Source: Mobula hypostoma
Taxonomy: Eukaryota
Assembly (NCBI RefSeq): GCF_963921235.1
Contig: NC_086097.1
Span: 32,676,001-32,740,000, forward strand
Direction of reading: 5' to 3'
Length of the DNA stretch: 64,000 nucleotides
Part shown: piece after piece, positions 48,866 through 62,140 of the stretch
Numbering within the stretch: the first letter of the stretch is position 1
Layout of the letters: every line of letters begins with the position of its first letter
The notes under the pieces: model-generated
Seen by the model: only the letters and a program-made list of their open reading frames with translations
Told to the model about the DNA's origin: nothing
The model's database searches: none
Program-made: the position numbers and the translations under genes

Positions 48866-51419
48866 TACCTCTGGCAACACATTCCAAGCACTCATTACTC
48901 TCTGTGTAGGAAACTTGCACTGTACATCTCCCTTGAACTTACTCCCTCTCACTTTAAATGCATGTCCTCTCATTTTGGTTTTAGTTCTCATCAAAAAAAC
49001 TGAAACTGGACAAACATACTTCCAAGATAATTTTTTGACTGAGAGAAAAGAAACCCCGGCTTTAAGACTAACCTACACTTCAGGCTGTAAGCACACTGGC
49101 CAGCTGTCCTCTCCTTGATAGAGCCATAGTTTTAGCCAAATAATTTCAATGCAATGAATACATACACACACAAGTATCGGACTTGTCTCCAACATGTTTT
49201 TAAAACTGATTTTTCAGAGTGCAGATGTCACTGACAAGACCTATGCCCGTCCTGACCGAAATGCTGCAGGATGCACACTCAGTGAAACTGGAGGAACTGT
49301 GATAGTTTTCCAAGTCAGGATGGTGTGCAACTTAAAACAGAACTGCATGTGGTGGATCTCATGCATCTGCTGCCCTTGTTCTTCCTGATGGAAAAAGCTG
49401 TGGGTTTTTAAGTCAGGAATACTACCGGGACAGTCTTCAGTCTCCATCACACACGCTGGTCCCCATTCCCTTCCACCATTCCTCTAACATACAGGTATTT
49501 ATTCCATCATGAAGAGCACCCATTTTCACAATGGAAACACTGCTCGATTCTGTCTCTGCTTCAACTGTTGAAACCTTCCTTCAGAGCCTTCTCTCCCCTG
49601 GATTTGATAATTACACTTCATGTCTGGCTAGTCCCCCTAATTCTTATTTCTCTAATCTTAAGGACTGCCAAAACCCTACAGCATCCTCATTCCAAGTCAA
49701 CCTGCATCCTAGTTCACCAACACCTTATTAAAATATTCTTCCTTGGCATTCTTCATCTCTTCTGGCTGGGTAAATATGATAGTTCCAAGTTCTTCCAATT
49801 CTGGCCCCTTGATTCACACTCAAATTTAATCACCCTACAACTGTTTCTCCTTCCTCCAATTTAAGATGCTTTAAATCTTGCCTTTTTGACTAAGATTTGA
49901 GTCACCTATTGTAATGCTGTTACCGGTTCAAAATTAATTCTCACGGTTGGAGTTAAACAACATAGAAACAAGCACTTCAGTCCATCAGACTTGGCCATCA
50001 AACACTCCTTTACACTAACCCATTTTTATTATTCTCACATTCCCCATCAACTGTGACCAGAATCTACCCCTCAAACTTATCACTTTGTGTCTCCATTTTA
50101 CTACTCCCATAGATTCTACCCAACCTGCTGAATTATTGCGGCAGTTTCTGTTTTGCTCCATATTTCCACATCTGTATTCCCTTGTGCCTACCACTCACCT
50201 ACATGACAGGGACAGTAGATAGCACCCAATTAACCTAACAACCCATGTATCTCTGAGAAATGGAAGGAAACTGGAGTACCTGGGGATACCCACATGATCA
50301 CAGGGAGCATATGTTAACTCTACAAAGACAGCACCAGAGGTTGGGATTGATCCCTGGTCACCACAGCTGACTGAAACAGCAAGTTAGCTTTGTCACTGTG
50401 CTACCCTATTACATTCTGTCACATAGTGTTCCAATGAACCTTGGAATATTTTTCCAGAATAAAAGTGATATATTTCCAATAGGAACATTGACTATTTATT
50501 ACTCTCCATAAATGCTGCTTGACCTGCTGAGTTCTTCCACCATTTTGTCTGTGTTGCTCTGGATTTCCAGCATCTGCAAAATTTCACGCTTATAAAGTAT
50601 CCAAATGCTATTTATGAAATTAGGAGGAGAAATACTTTCCGGCCAAAGTAATTTTGGAAGAATATATCTGAAGGATGCAGCAAATTAATTAAAAAGGCCT
50701 CAGTGGGGTAGCCAAGAGTTAATAAATCACTTAGACACAGTGGTAAGTAGGTGAGTCTGTAGGTTTGATTAGCAAAAACTCCCAGGTGATCTAGGAGCAA
50801 ATGACAATGAAAACAGAAACCAGGATAAGGATCAGGGCTTATTTCACAACTGACCTAATGATAAATGCTGATGAGAAAAGGACTGATTTTGCAAGACACA
50901 ATAATACAAACAAAATGCTGGAGAAACTCAGCAGGTTAAGCAGCATTGATCGGTCCTGTTAAACGATCTCTGCCAGAAACATAAGCAACCCCTGACTGCT
51001 TATTTCTCTCCACAGACACTGCCTGAGCTGCTGAATTCCTCCAACGTCTTGTGTGTGTAACTGTTAAGAACATCAAATGTTATCCTATTCACTGTTCAAC
51101 ACACCTTCTTCAACAGAATTTTCACACCTTAACAGTAAATAAGTGTTGTCGACAATTCAAATTCTTAGATTAAAATGTGTATTAGTGGACATAAAACAAA
51201 ATTTAGACTGATACTTCATTTATAACATGGGGAGGTGTGGTCTTGACAGAGCTACAGTAACAGCAAGAGACCCCAGCAGTCAGGGGTCAGCACTATAGGT
51301 ACTCTACCCCATAAGCAGGGCAGCACGAAGGAATGTACACAATTGTAGGACTGTACTGAGGGATTAGTACATTGTCAGAGCTGTGTTAAAAGAAGGTTCT
51401 GCACTCTCAGAACATTGAC

Positions 51420-52965
51420 ATTCTCTCTTCTCCACCTTCCCATCAAGCAGAAGATATAAAAGCCTGAAAGCACATACCACCAGGCTCAAGGACAGCTTCT
51501 AGTAGACTGTTAAAAGATGACCGAACAGTTCCTTAGCACAGCAAGATAGACTTTTAACCTCACAATCTACCTCGTAATGACCGTGCACCTTATTTGATCC
51601 GTATGAACAGTATGCAAGACAAAGTTTTCACTGTACCCCAGTACATGCAATAATAATAAATCAGTTCTGATTAATGGAAGAAAACTTACTACACACTTTT
51701 AGAGTGCTCTCCGGTTGGTCTAGCCAACAGTTATTAGATTAATTTCATTGCCTTTTGTGAAACTTTGCTGTGCACCAACTGGCTGTAATAAAATCATGGA
51801 GTCGTACAGCACAGAAACAGGCCTTTCAGCCCACTGTGTCTATGCTGACCATTGAGTGCTGCATTGCCGTCTTGCACAGGAATCGCAAGGCCTCTGGCCA
51901 CAGGTCCCTGCAAAGAATTCCGAGGACTGCTATGAGGATCAGTGGGGTCTCTCTTCTGCCCCTCAGTGACATTTACCAGGACTGCTGCATACGCAGGGCC
52001 CTTAGTATTTTGTCAATGATTCCTCCCAGCCATCCAACGATCTCTGAACCCCTAACATCAGGCAGGAGGTACTGTAGCATTACAAGAAGAAGTGTTAGGA
52101 TGGGAAACAGCTTTTCTCCCCAAGCCATGAGACTGCTGAACACCCTGCCACCACACAGGTTTCATCACGTATGAAGCGCCAGTAGTGTTATACTGCTTAC
52201 TTTTTAACTTAATCATTTTGGTAATATTACTTTTTCTGTTGTGTGTGAGTTGCATGTACTGTGTTGTGCACCTTGGCTCGGAGGAATGTTCTGTCTATGG
52301 ACATGGATGAGTAATAAGTTTGAACTTGAATTTGATCATGCCTATTTATACAAGTCCAACTTGCCTGCATTAATTCCATATTCCTCAATGTCCTGCTCAT
52401 TCAAATACCTGTCCAGATGCCTAATAATCCTGTCACTGTTGTTGCCTTCACCACCTCCTCTGGGAGGCCACAAATCTTACAACTATAACTTTTACAAAAT
52501 TATCTCTTTGATGAGAAAGCAGGTCACTATACTACATATGTACCATGGAGAGCATTCTAACTGGCTGCATCACGGAGATGCCAATGCACAGGATCGGAAA
52601 AAGCTGCAAAGGGTTACAAGCTCTGCTGGGTCCATTATGAACACGAGCCTCCTTACCATCAAGGACATCTTCAAAAGGCAATGACTGAAGAAAGCAGCAT
52701 CCATCATTAAGACTCTCACCGTTGCAGGACGTGCCTTCTTCTCATTACTACCACCTGGGAAGAAGTACCAGGAACCTGAAGACCCAAACTCAACGTTTTA
52801 GGAGCAGCTTCTTCCCCTCCACCATCAGATTTCTGAACGGCTCTCTTTTGTATGAATTTTTAACTTTTTTTATTATTGTAACTTATAGCAATGTGCTATG
52901 CCTGCACTGTACTGCAGTCACAAATAAATTTCACAACATGTCAGTGACAATAAAGCTGATTCCGA
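51420..52965 (+). mobile_element. Three tandem Rex1/Babar 3' fragments
   Basis: Repeated LPSGRRY/NSFFP-type ends with aataaa tails at about 51660, 52330 and 52960. Confidence 0.75.
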
Positions 52966-53211
52966 AGCCTGCAAAGGTGCTGCTTCAGAATTACAATTTC
53001 TTACCTGATCAATGCTGCATTTCATTAATATACGCAGCATCTTGTTACAAGTTGCTTACTCATCTCTACAAGCTGGTCCTGCCAACAGTCTACAGCCTGC
53101 TACAGCTTCCTCACCGCACCCCCCCTCCCAAATTAATTTGTATTTGTACTGGGCAACATTTGCTGCCTCTTTATTGCAATTACTTGTGTAGAGAGTGCCT
53201 CAAACCCTTAC

Positions 53212-53373
53212 CGATTTGTCCAATGGAACCTGTGAGAGAGAGCCTGTTCCTTGGTAAAGATCCACACTCAGCTGCTCCAGGCTCAACTTCTCCTCCAGGA
53301 AGTGGTCCAGGTATCGGTGCAGCAGGTACCTGCAAGCCCGCTTCTTAATCGACTCAGAGAATGGCCAAGGCAT
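53212..53373 (-). CDS. ATG2B: ATG2B first coding exon (162 nt; Chorein_N start)
   Basis: MPWPFSESIKKRACRYLLHRYLDHFLEEKLSLEQLSVDLYQGTGSLSQVPLDKS; context aagATG; gtaagg donor. Confidence 0.98.
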
Positions 53374-53999
53374 CTTGACTTCAACCCATAAACAATGCTA
53401 GGAACCCTGGTTGAATTAACTCAGACCCAGTAATAAAAAAAACCTAACAAAAATTTTGCATCCTCTCCCTTTCGTCCTCCACTTTGCCCAAATCGTATTT
53501 TTAAAATATATCCATTTTTTTCACATGCAATCAAATCCCCTTGGTTTCGCCACTTGCGTTTTCCCCAGGAATATAATTTTCCCTGTTTTATCCTGGTTCC
53601 CTTTAACACTTATTCTCCAATCCACAATGGCTCATCCCTGTCATACACCCGCTCACCCCTATCTACAATGTTTACCCTTTTTAGTTGTGTTAACATTCAC
53701 CTACTTTGTAATTTTTCTTGAACATGTCAACAGCCTGTTCCCTTAGTATTTTAGTATAAGTAGTATTCCCCTTTATGTCAAGTTGTTATTCCCGAATCAT
53801 CACCCTTTTGTCTTCACGTAAAGGATTTACCTTTATCGATGTTTTTTCCCTCAAAATTCATCCGCCTTATCCACGACCCCTCCACACTGACCTCATTACT
53901 TTTCTCACCCTTCTATTCAGTCCCCCTCTTCTCTTAATACTTACGCTACCCTGAAATATTCACCCCTTCACAGTAATTACCCCGATTTTACATTCCCAG

Positions 54000-54960
54000 C
54001 TATTGGTCTGCCGCTGTCCAGCACCCCTCAGTTACTGTCATCCCTCGCGGAACGGCGACAGAAAGTGCAGGCGACAGGCCTCGGTCAGCGGACCGTTTAT
54101 ACCAGGAGTGGAAGCGAGAAGCGGAACCGGCGGACAGACAGCTATCTGTGTTTACACCGCGCTTCCACTGCCCAGGCCTGACTCAGGCGTTAACGTCGCC
54201 TGCGCACCGTCACGCTGACAACACACCGCCATCTTTCAGACGGACGCAAACCCCTGCCCGCCAGCCCGTCACAAAGATGGTGGGCGCGTTTGTCTCGCGG
54301 TGGTGACGCGCTGCGTCGGCAGCACGACCTGAACATTAACCGTTTAGGTTTGAATCGGGAGGGCGCGGGGTCCTTGTTTTCCGTCATGGCGGCCATCCGC
54401 TAACCGTGTCGGAGGCACCCTGAGGTAATCAATGTAACAGATAAAGCAATGTGCCGCTTTGGTAGGAGAGCCCTAGGTTGGGTTATACCCAGCACCCGGC
54501 CCGGCATCGGACTGCAGGTTCCGGGTAGGGACGGGGAGATGTCCGGTGAACTAGCCGGTAGGATCCGGTGGGGTGGCACCGAGGGTGTCGGGTGGGAAGT
54601 GTCCGGTGACCTGCTCGGACATGTACTGCCGTGATGGTCTCAGTCGGTGATGGTCGCATCCAGTCGGGACACAGTAAGAACCCTGTAATGTTCCGTGAAG
54701 ATGGGGGATAAAACCGTGTCCTGACCGGGCAGACTGACGGGCTCGGGGTTGAGGGAGAGGGGATGCGGATCGCCCGCCCTGGACTCTATTGACTCATAAA
54801 TGGATAGCAATAGTAGGCGTTTCGGCCCCACCTTTCCTACTTCCCGGTACCGATGACGGTCTCATTGAAACACGGGGTCTGCGCGGTGGGGGGGGGGCGG
54901 AAGATGTGTCCCCCGCCTTGGTAGGCCAGGCTCTGGGGCCGCTGTCACTCCACTCAGGGA
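54000..54960. promoter_or_regulatory. CpG-island bidirectional promoter, ATG2B/GSKIP
   Basis: Longest CpG-rich stretch in the window, between divergent genes; YY1 CCGCCATCTT 54226-54235, ETS-like ggaag motifs, TGACTCA at 54179-54185, GC box at about 54893. Confidence 0.85.
54270..54424 (+). other. GSKIP: Putative GSKIP non-coding first exon (start approximate)
   Basis: Donor gag|gtaatc after 54424; GSKIP ATG exon has an acceptor at 57011-57012, so an upstream exon is needed. Confidence 0.55.
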
Positions 54961-55719
54961 CTGAGATAAGGGGCAATGGCTTCAGTTAGAGGGTAGTGAA
55001 TCTGGGCCGTTCTCTGCCCCGGAGACTGAGTGGGGCTCAAGTACTGAGTTCATTCAAAATTACTGGAGGCACTTGATTCTGCAGATGCTGAGACCTGTTG
55101 CAATTTAAAAGGAACTGCTGAAGAGTCTAAGATTAATTTCACTGCAGAGAAGTGTATTGTTTGTGTCTGCGACCAACATAGTCCTAGGATGTGCTGGGAG
55201 CAGCCTGCAAGTGTCGTCGTGCTTCCAGTGCCAACACCGCACGTCCACAACTTACTAACCCTGACCTAAAATTCTTTGGTGTGGGAGGAAACCAGAGCAC
55301 TCGGTGGAAACCCATGTGGTTACGGGGAGAATGTACAAACTCCTTATATTCAGTGACAGGAATTGAACCCCGATTGCTGGTGCTGCAAAGTGTTAAGCTA
55401 GCCACTCCCCTACCGTGCCTCCCCTTCAGTGGGTCAGGCAGCATCTGTGGAAGGAAGTGGATAATTGAGGCTCTGGCATCTGGATCTGAAATGTTTCAGA
55501 TTTTCAAATATCCATTTCCCTTCACAGATTATGCCCAAGTTCCTCCAACAGTGGTATTTTGCTTTTCAAAGCAAATTTCTGAGTACTAAAGGAATTGAGA
55601 GAGAGGAGTCATAATGCAAATGAGTACTGTGTGGGTGTGTCAGCTGTCAAGAACCTATCTATTTAATCCCATTCTGAATTTTGTTTTTAAAAAATGATTT
55701 TAGGTTAAATGGTTGTATA

Positions 55720-56270
55720 AGAAATACTGCAGATGTTGGAAATCTGGAACAACACACAAATGCTGGAGGAACTCAGAAGGTCAGGCGACTTTATGGAGGA
55801 AAATGATCACTTGATATTTCAGTCCAAAACCTTATGTTGGGACTGAAAAGTAAAAGAGCAGAAGACAGAATAAAAAAAAGATGGTGGAAGGAGGAGGAGG
55901 TGCATGAGTTAGCAGGCACCTCCTTACCTTAATTCCTCTCTATTGTCAGACTCCATCTTCATCCATCTCTTCCACCTATTACCTTCAGCTTTTCATATCA
56001 TTCCCTCATTTCCTCATCCCCTCACCTACCTACCCTCCATCCCCAACCCCCCCGCCCCCCCACCATCACCTACCTACCTTCCCCCTCTCACCTGGATTCA
56101 CCATTGCCCACCAGGTCATACGCCTCACCCTCACGCCACTCTAGCTTCTGCCCTGTCTCTTTCCAGTCCTGATGAAGGGTTTTGGTCCAAAATGTCAACT
56201 ATCATACTGTTATTTTCCTCCATAGTTGCTGTTTGATCTGCTGTTTTCCTCCAGTATTTTGTGTGTGTTA
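55720..56270 (+). mobile_element. Old Penelope pLTRs (inverted then direct)
   Basis: Decayed hammerhead cagtcctgatgaagggttttggtccaaaatgtc at about 56164. Confidence 0.75.
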
Positions 56271-57047
56271 GTTGAAATCCTTTAAAGCTCCTGAATTTTT
56301 GTCTTTTCCATCAGCCCATTCTTAAATAGTGTTGCTGTATTTGCTCCCTTTCTGTCCTCTGGAATTATTCTAGAATGAAGCAAATTTTAGAATATCAACT
56401 ACCAATGTATCTGATTTCTCAGCAACTGGTATCTGAAGCTTCTTCCACAGCATCTCTGGAAAACACTTGCCACTGAATGTATGCTGCACACAAATTCAGA
56501 GTTTATTTCAAAATCTGACATGGGAGTTTGATAGGTTAATTGGCATAAACTGAACAGTAGATTTGTTTGTCACTAGGCTGCCATTCTCGGACTCCGTTAT
56601 TCTAGATGGATTCTACATTGCTAGTCTTCGATTATTACTTAATGAAGCACAGCTAGGACTGAACAGCTACTATGCAAAGCTAGGTTTTGGTAATGACATC
56701 TTTTATTTGAATCCATGAATTAATTCTGCAGATTAGCAGTATTTCTATCCTATTGGACAAATGTATCATTAAATTTCCTCAGAATATCTGGGAGTTGTTT
56801 TCCCCCCTGTTACCCCCCCCAATAGTTACCCTTGATGCACCAACTGATTTGCATTAATAGTGAAACAGTCTTACAGAGTGATCCAGAGTTTATTATGGGG
56901 GAACAAGGTGGTTTTGTGGGGTTAGTGGGCTGCTTTCCATGTCAGGAGGCAATATTAACTGGTTAGCTTACCTTTGAAATGATTGTGCATTGCACTTGTA
57001 TTTGATTTACAGTCTCATCACGAGGAACAAAGTATTACAACCAGGAA

Positions 57048-57311
57048 ATGGACTGTGATCCCCAGGTGTTGAACGGGTCAATGTTTAATGATTTCAGCAA
57101 GTTTGAAGATTGGGAAGAGAGAGACTTGGAGGGGGCAGACGTGAAGGATATGAGAGTGGAAGCTGAGGCAGTGGTCAATGATGTCAACTTTGCTGTTAAC
57201 CACATGGCTGTCTCAAAAATGCTCCCAATAAGAGAAGATGTTGCCTTCATTAACGTAGAAACAAAAGAAAGAAACCGATACTGCCTTGAGCTGACAGAAG
57301 CAGGACTTCGG
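57048..57311 (+). CDS. GSKIP: GSK3B-interacting protein, first coding exon (88 aa; exon begins 57013)
   Basis: [18 protein letters not shown]...[23 protein letters not shown] matches human GSKIP; tttacag acceptor, gtgaga donor, phase 0. Confidence 0.97.
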
Positions 57312-58539
57312 GTGAGAGCAGCTACTAATTCCAGATCATGATAAAACAGTCTTCACCTGAGCAAAGATTCTTTCCTGTTATATACATTTTGACTACCCCC
57401 CCCCCATACCTTTAACAATGGCTTTCTCTATTTTGACTTATTGGCAAAAAGCACATAAGGGATCTTCCCATTACTGTTGAGATTGGCGTGGGTAAATTTT
57501 ATCTGTATTTTTGTTAAACAAACTACGTCTTCCTCCACAGTCTCTCAGAATGAGCTGTGAAGAGTTGTCAATGTTCCCTGACTCAAAAACTCTCCCCAGT
57601 TTACTTGAAGAGCAAAACCATGTTGTTGTTATCTTAAATCAGTCCAGGTCCAGTTCACCCTTCACCGACTGTGCTTGTTGAACTGCATTGGCTTCCAATC
57701 TTGTATTGCTATGATAACTAGATTTTCATTGTTATTTTCAATTCTGTCTGTGTTGCCCCTCCCCGAAGCTGGCTCTCTCCAGTAATATAACCCTCTGAAG
57801 TCAATGCACACTTCCAGTCTGGCCTAAACACACCTTATTTGGACTCAATCATCAGCAATCATGCCAATTATTCAGTTTTTAAGGATCTAACCTCCCAAGT
57901 TTCCCTCTTCAAAGCTCTTAATAAAGTAAGCACGCTTATTAAAATCTATCTCAGTCAAGGTTTTGGCCATTTGCTCTAACAACTCCTCAGGTGGATTACT
58001 TTTCTTAACATGCTTCATTTATGTTAAAGATGTTCCCTGCGGCCCAGGAAAATTCTTTTGCAGAAAATTACTGCATAATTAATGTCAACTGCTTTCTGGC
58101 TGGAATCTTTGAGGGGAGATCAGTTGTTAAGTTTATATACCATATTACTGGTTTGGTTAGATTCTTCAGAGTCAATAAAAATAGGGAGTTAAGCTGGGGG
58201 AATCACAATAGATCAGTTTAGGGGTATAAAGTGGGAGTAAGAGTAACATTTATTTTATTTTGAGATTAAAGGCTTATTACCTTTGATCATCAGGTGATTT
58301 TCTGGTCATTGTTGCTAATGACTAATTTTTTAAAAAATCATCTAATCATTAGTTCCAGATTATTAAATGAATTTAAATTCCACAGTTCTGGAGGGATTTG
58401 AACTCTTGTCTCTGTATTGTAAGTAATGACTCTGCATTATTAGTCTAGTGAGGTAGAGTTTTACAATTTGGGCTCCAGGTTGTATGTTTTGGCTAATTTC
58501 TGGGCACATTACAAGTGATTTCAAGATATTGTAGAACAT

Positions 58540-59540
58540 GCACCCACTAATCTGTGTGGAAAATCTTGTCCCTCAGACCCCTTTTAAATCTTTCAACATT
58601 GCTCTCTAATTTTGAACCCTAGTCTGAGAAAAAGACTTTGACTATCTAGCCTATCTATGGCTCTGTATTTTTATAAACGTCTACAAGGTGACCACTTGAC
58701 CTTCTTCACCCTATCTGAGCCTATCCAATCTTGAGCCCTCTAGACCAGGCAATATCCTTATGAAGGTTTTTTGCACCCTTACTAGCTTCATCACATCTTT
58801 ATAGCATGGCAGTCAAAAAAGCACACAGTACTCTGGAGTGATCAAACCAATACTTTATACATCACCAGAAAGGCAGTAAAATCAGATCTAATAGCAAAGA
58901 CTTGAATAAATACTAAAATGGGGAGAGAATTATTGTACTTCAGAATATATTCATGAAAAAGTATTAGATCTAGGAAATGAGTACAAAAGTTGGTGTTGCA
59001 GCTTTTTAAGCTCTGGTTAGGCCGCATCTGGAGTAATGCACTCAATTCTGGTCACTTAATTTTAGTGCAATGGAGGTTTTGGAGAGGATGCAGAAGAGGT
59101 TTACCAGGATACAGTGAATTAGAGGGGAGGTTGGACAAACTAAAGTTATTTTCTCTGGAGCATCCAAGGCTGAAGGGAGACCTGATAGAGGTTCATAAGA
59201 TTATGAGGGGTATAGAATAGACAACTGTTATCTTTTCACTGGGTTGAAATGTCTAATACCAGAGGGCACGTTTTTAAGGTGAGGGAGGAAAGTTCAAAGG
59301 TAATGTATGGGACAATTTTTTAAAAAAGACACAGTGATGGCTGCCTGGAGCATGTTGCCAGAGTCAGATACAATAGAGGCACTTATGAGGCTCTTGGATA
59401 GGCACTTGAATATGGAGGGATGATGGACCATGTGCAGGCAGATGGGATTAGTGTAATTGAGCATCATTATCTTAATTAGTTTGGCATAACTTCATGAGCT
59501 CAAGGGCTGCTTTCTGTGTTGTACTCCCCTATGTTTTATA
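58540..59540. mobile_element. Old CR1 3' fragments (minus 58540-58860, plus 58985-59540)
   Basis: LFSLEHPRLKGDLIEVHKIMRG-type remnants. Confidence 0.75.
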
Positions 59541-60054
59541 TCCTTCAAGTTGAAAGAGTCTGTTTAATAATTCTAGCAAGTTCGTGCATTGGAAGGGGTA
59601 ACGCAAAGAATGTGAAATGAAGGTTGAGGCAGTGGGACTAATTGAGCAGCAATTTTCAAAGAGTCAACACAAAACTGACGGACTCCTATGCTAAAAGATC
59701 CTGAAGTGCTGGTGGCTCTTGTTGTCTTGGCTTCTGAGACTGAATCTGTGATGTTGGATTACTGAAGTGTTAATCTCTTTCCCCGGCTCTTGGCCATAAG
59801 TTAAAAACTGGAGGTAGAAAATGTAACTGGCACTTGGATTGTAGTGTTGAAGTTAATAGCTAGAGTGAGCTATGTAATTGTATTTCTCTGCTACAAACCA
59901 TTTATTTATTGAGAAAAATGTCGGAGCGCTTTGCAAACAAGTGTGAGAGTGTATCATGATTGCTAAACACATTGTAGCTCAAGAAAGGTAAAGGAAATGT
60001 GAGTGGCTAGCTGGTTGTGGAGAAAACATTGGGTAATGACATGATTATGGTGAA

Positions 60055-62140
60055 TACCATAAGACATAGAAGCAGAATTAGGTTATTCGGCTCATCGAGT
60101 CTGCACTGTGATTCTATCCTGGCTGTTTTATTATTCCCTCAACCCCAGTCTCCTGCCTTCTCCCAGTAACCTTTGACACCCTTATTAATCAAAAACCTAT
60201 CAACCTCTGTTTTAAATATACCCAGTGACTTGGTCTCCATAGATGTCTGTGGCAATGATTTCTACAGATTTGCCATCCTCTGGCTAAATAAATTTTTTCC
60301 TTATCTCTGTTCTAAAGGGATGTCCTTGTATTTTGAGGCTGTGCCCTCTGATCTGAGACTCCCACTATAAGAAACATCCTGTCCATATACTTGTAAAATT
60401 TCTCTGAATTCTTTCAGTCTTATGTTTATCTTTCCTGTATGTAGGTGACCAGACAGGTACACAATACACTAAATTCGACCGTGCCAATATCTTGTACAGC
60501 TTCAACATTATATCACAATTACTGTACACAATGCTTTGATTTATGAAGGCCAAAAGCTTCCTTTATGACCATATCTACCTACGATGACACTTTCAAGGAA
60601 ATATGGATCTGTATTCCCAGATCCCTCTGTGTCCTACCACTCGCCGTGTAAGTTCTACACTGGTTTGTCCTCTTGAGGTGCATTACTTCACACTCTGCTG
60701 CGTTAAATTCCATCTGTCATTTTTCTGCCCTTTTTTCCAGTTGGTCTAGAAGCCCATGCAAGCTTTGATAGCCTTCGTTGCTGCCTCTGCAAATTTGCTG
60801 ATCTAGTTTACCAGATTATCATCTAAGTCATTAATAAAGATGATAAATAATTATGGACCTAACACTGATCCCTGCAGCACACCACTAATCACAAGCCTCT
60901 AGTCAGAGAGACAGCCATCCATTACCATTCTGCCTTCTCCAACTAAGCCAACATTGAATTTAATTGACTATCTTAAATACCAAGCCACAGGACCAGCCTT
61001 CCAAGATCTTTGTCAAAGATCTTGCTAAAGTCCATATAGACAATGTCCACCTTGATGACCTCAAAGTTATAAGATTGGTTCGACATGATCTGCCATGGAC
61101 AAAGCCATGTTAACTATCCCTAATTAGGCCCAGTCTGCGCAAATACTTATATATCCGCTTCCTTAGAATCCTTTCCAATAGTTTACTCACTACTGGCATC
61201 TGGCTCACTGGCCTATAATTTCCTGGCTTACTCTTGGAGCTTTTCTTAAACGGTGGAACAATATTAGCTATCCTCCAATTCTCTGACACGTCACCGTGGC
61301 GAAGGACACTTTGAATGCCTCTGCCAGGGCTTCTGCAATTTCTGCATGGGCATCCCACAAGGTTTGAGAGGACATCTCATCAGGCCCCAGAGACTTATTT
61401 GTCCCTATTCACCCATGAAAGCAAACATTTCCTTGTCTGTAATCTGGAGACAGTCCATGACCCTCTGATTCTTCTGCCTTAGTTCTATATAGTCTGTGTC
61501 TGTGTCCCAAGTAAGTACAGATGCAAAAAATCCATTCAAGATCTCCCACATCACTTTTGGCTATATGTATAGATTACCACGCTGATCTTCAAGAGGACCA
61601 ATTTTGTCCCTAGCTATCCTTTTGCTTTTAATCTGTCTGTAGAAGCCCTTGGAATTCTCTCTCACCTTGTCTGCCAAAGCAATCTTGTGTCCTCTTTTAG
61701 CCCTCCTGATTTCCCTCTTGTGTTCTCTTGCATTTTTTTATATTCAAGTGCCTCAATTAATCTCTACTACCTTAATATGCACCTCCTTGTTTCTTTACTT
61801 GGGCCTCAATATCCCTAAACCTGTTAGCCTTGGCTTTTATTCTGATACAAGTAAACAAACTGTAATCTCAATATTTCACTTTTGAAGATATACCACTTAC
61901 CAAGCATCACTTTCCCAGAAACAACCTATCCTATCCACCCCTGCCCGATTATTTTTTTTTTAATGATGCAATCAAAATTGGCCTTTGTTCAACTTAGAAT
62001 CTCAGCCGGAGGACCAACCCTATCCTTTTTCATAATTATCTTGAATCTACTGGAATTACGATCACTGGATCCAAGGTGTTCCTCTACGCATACTCCTGTC
62101 ACGTGCCTTGTCTTGTTCCTTAAAGTGCAATAGTCATACA
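60055..62140 (-). mobile_element. Old CR1 fragments (degenerate ORF2)
   Basis: WRIANIVPPFKK..NYRPVS; AFINQSIVY. Confidence 0.8.

Noticed and set aside
52722..53348. 208-aa plus-strand ORF
   Set aside because: Chance read-through of a Rex1 remnant into the antisense of ATG2B exon 1; non-ATG start.
54449..54989. Short ORFs and ccggtg repeats in the CpG island; possible donor at 54921
   Set aside because: Expected in GC-rich DNA; the alternative first exon is unsupported without transcript data.
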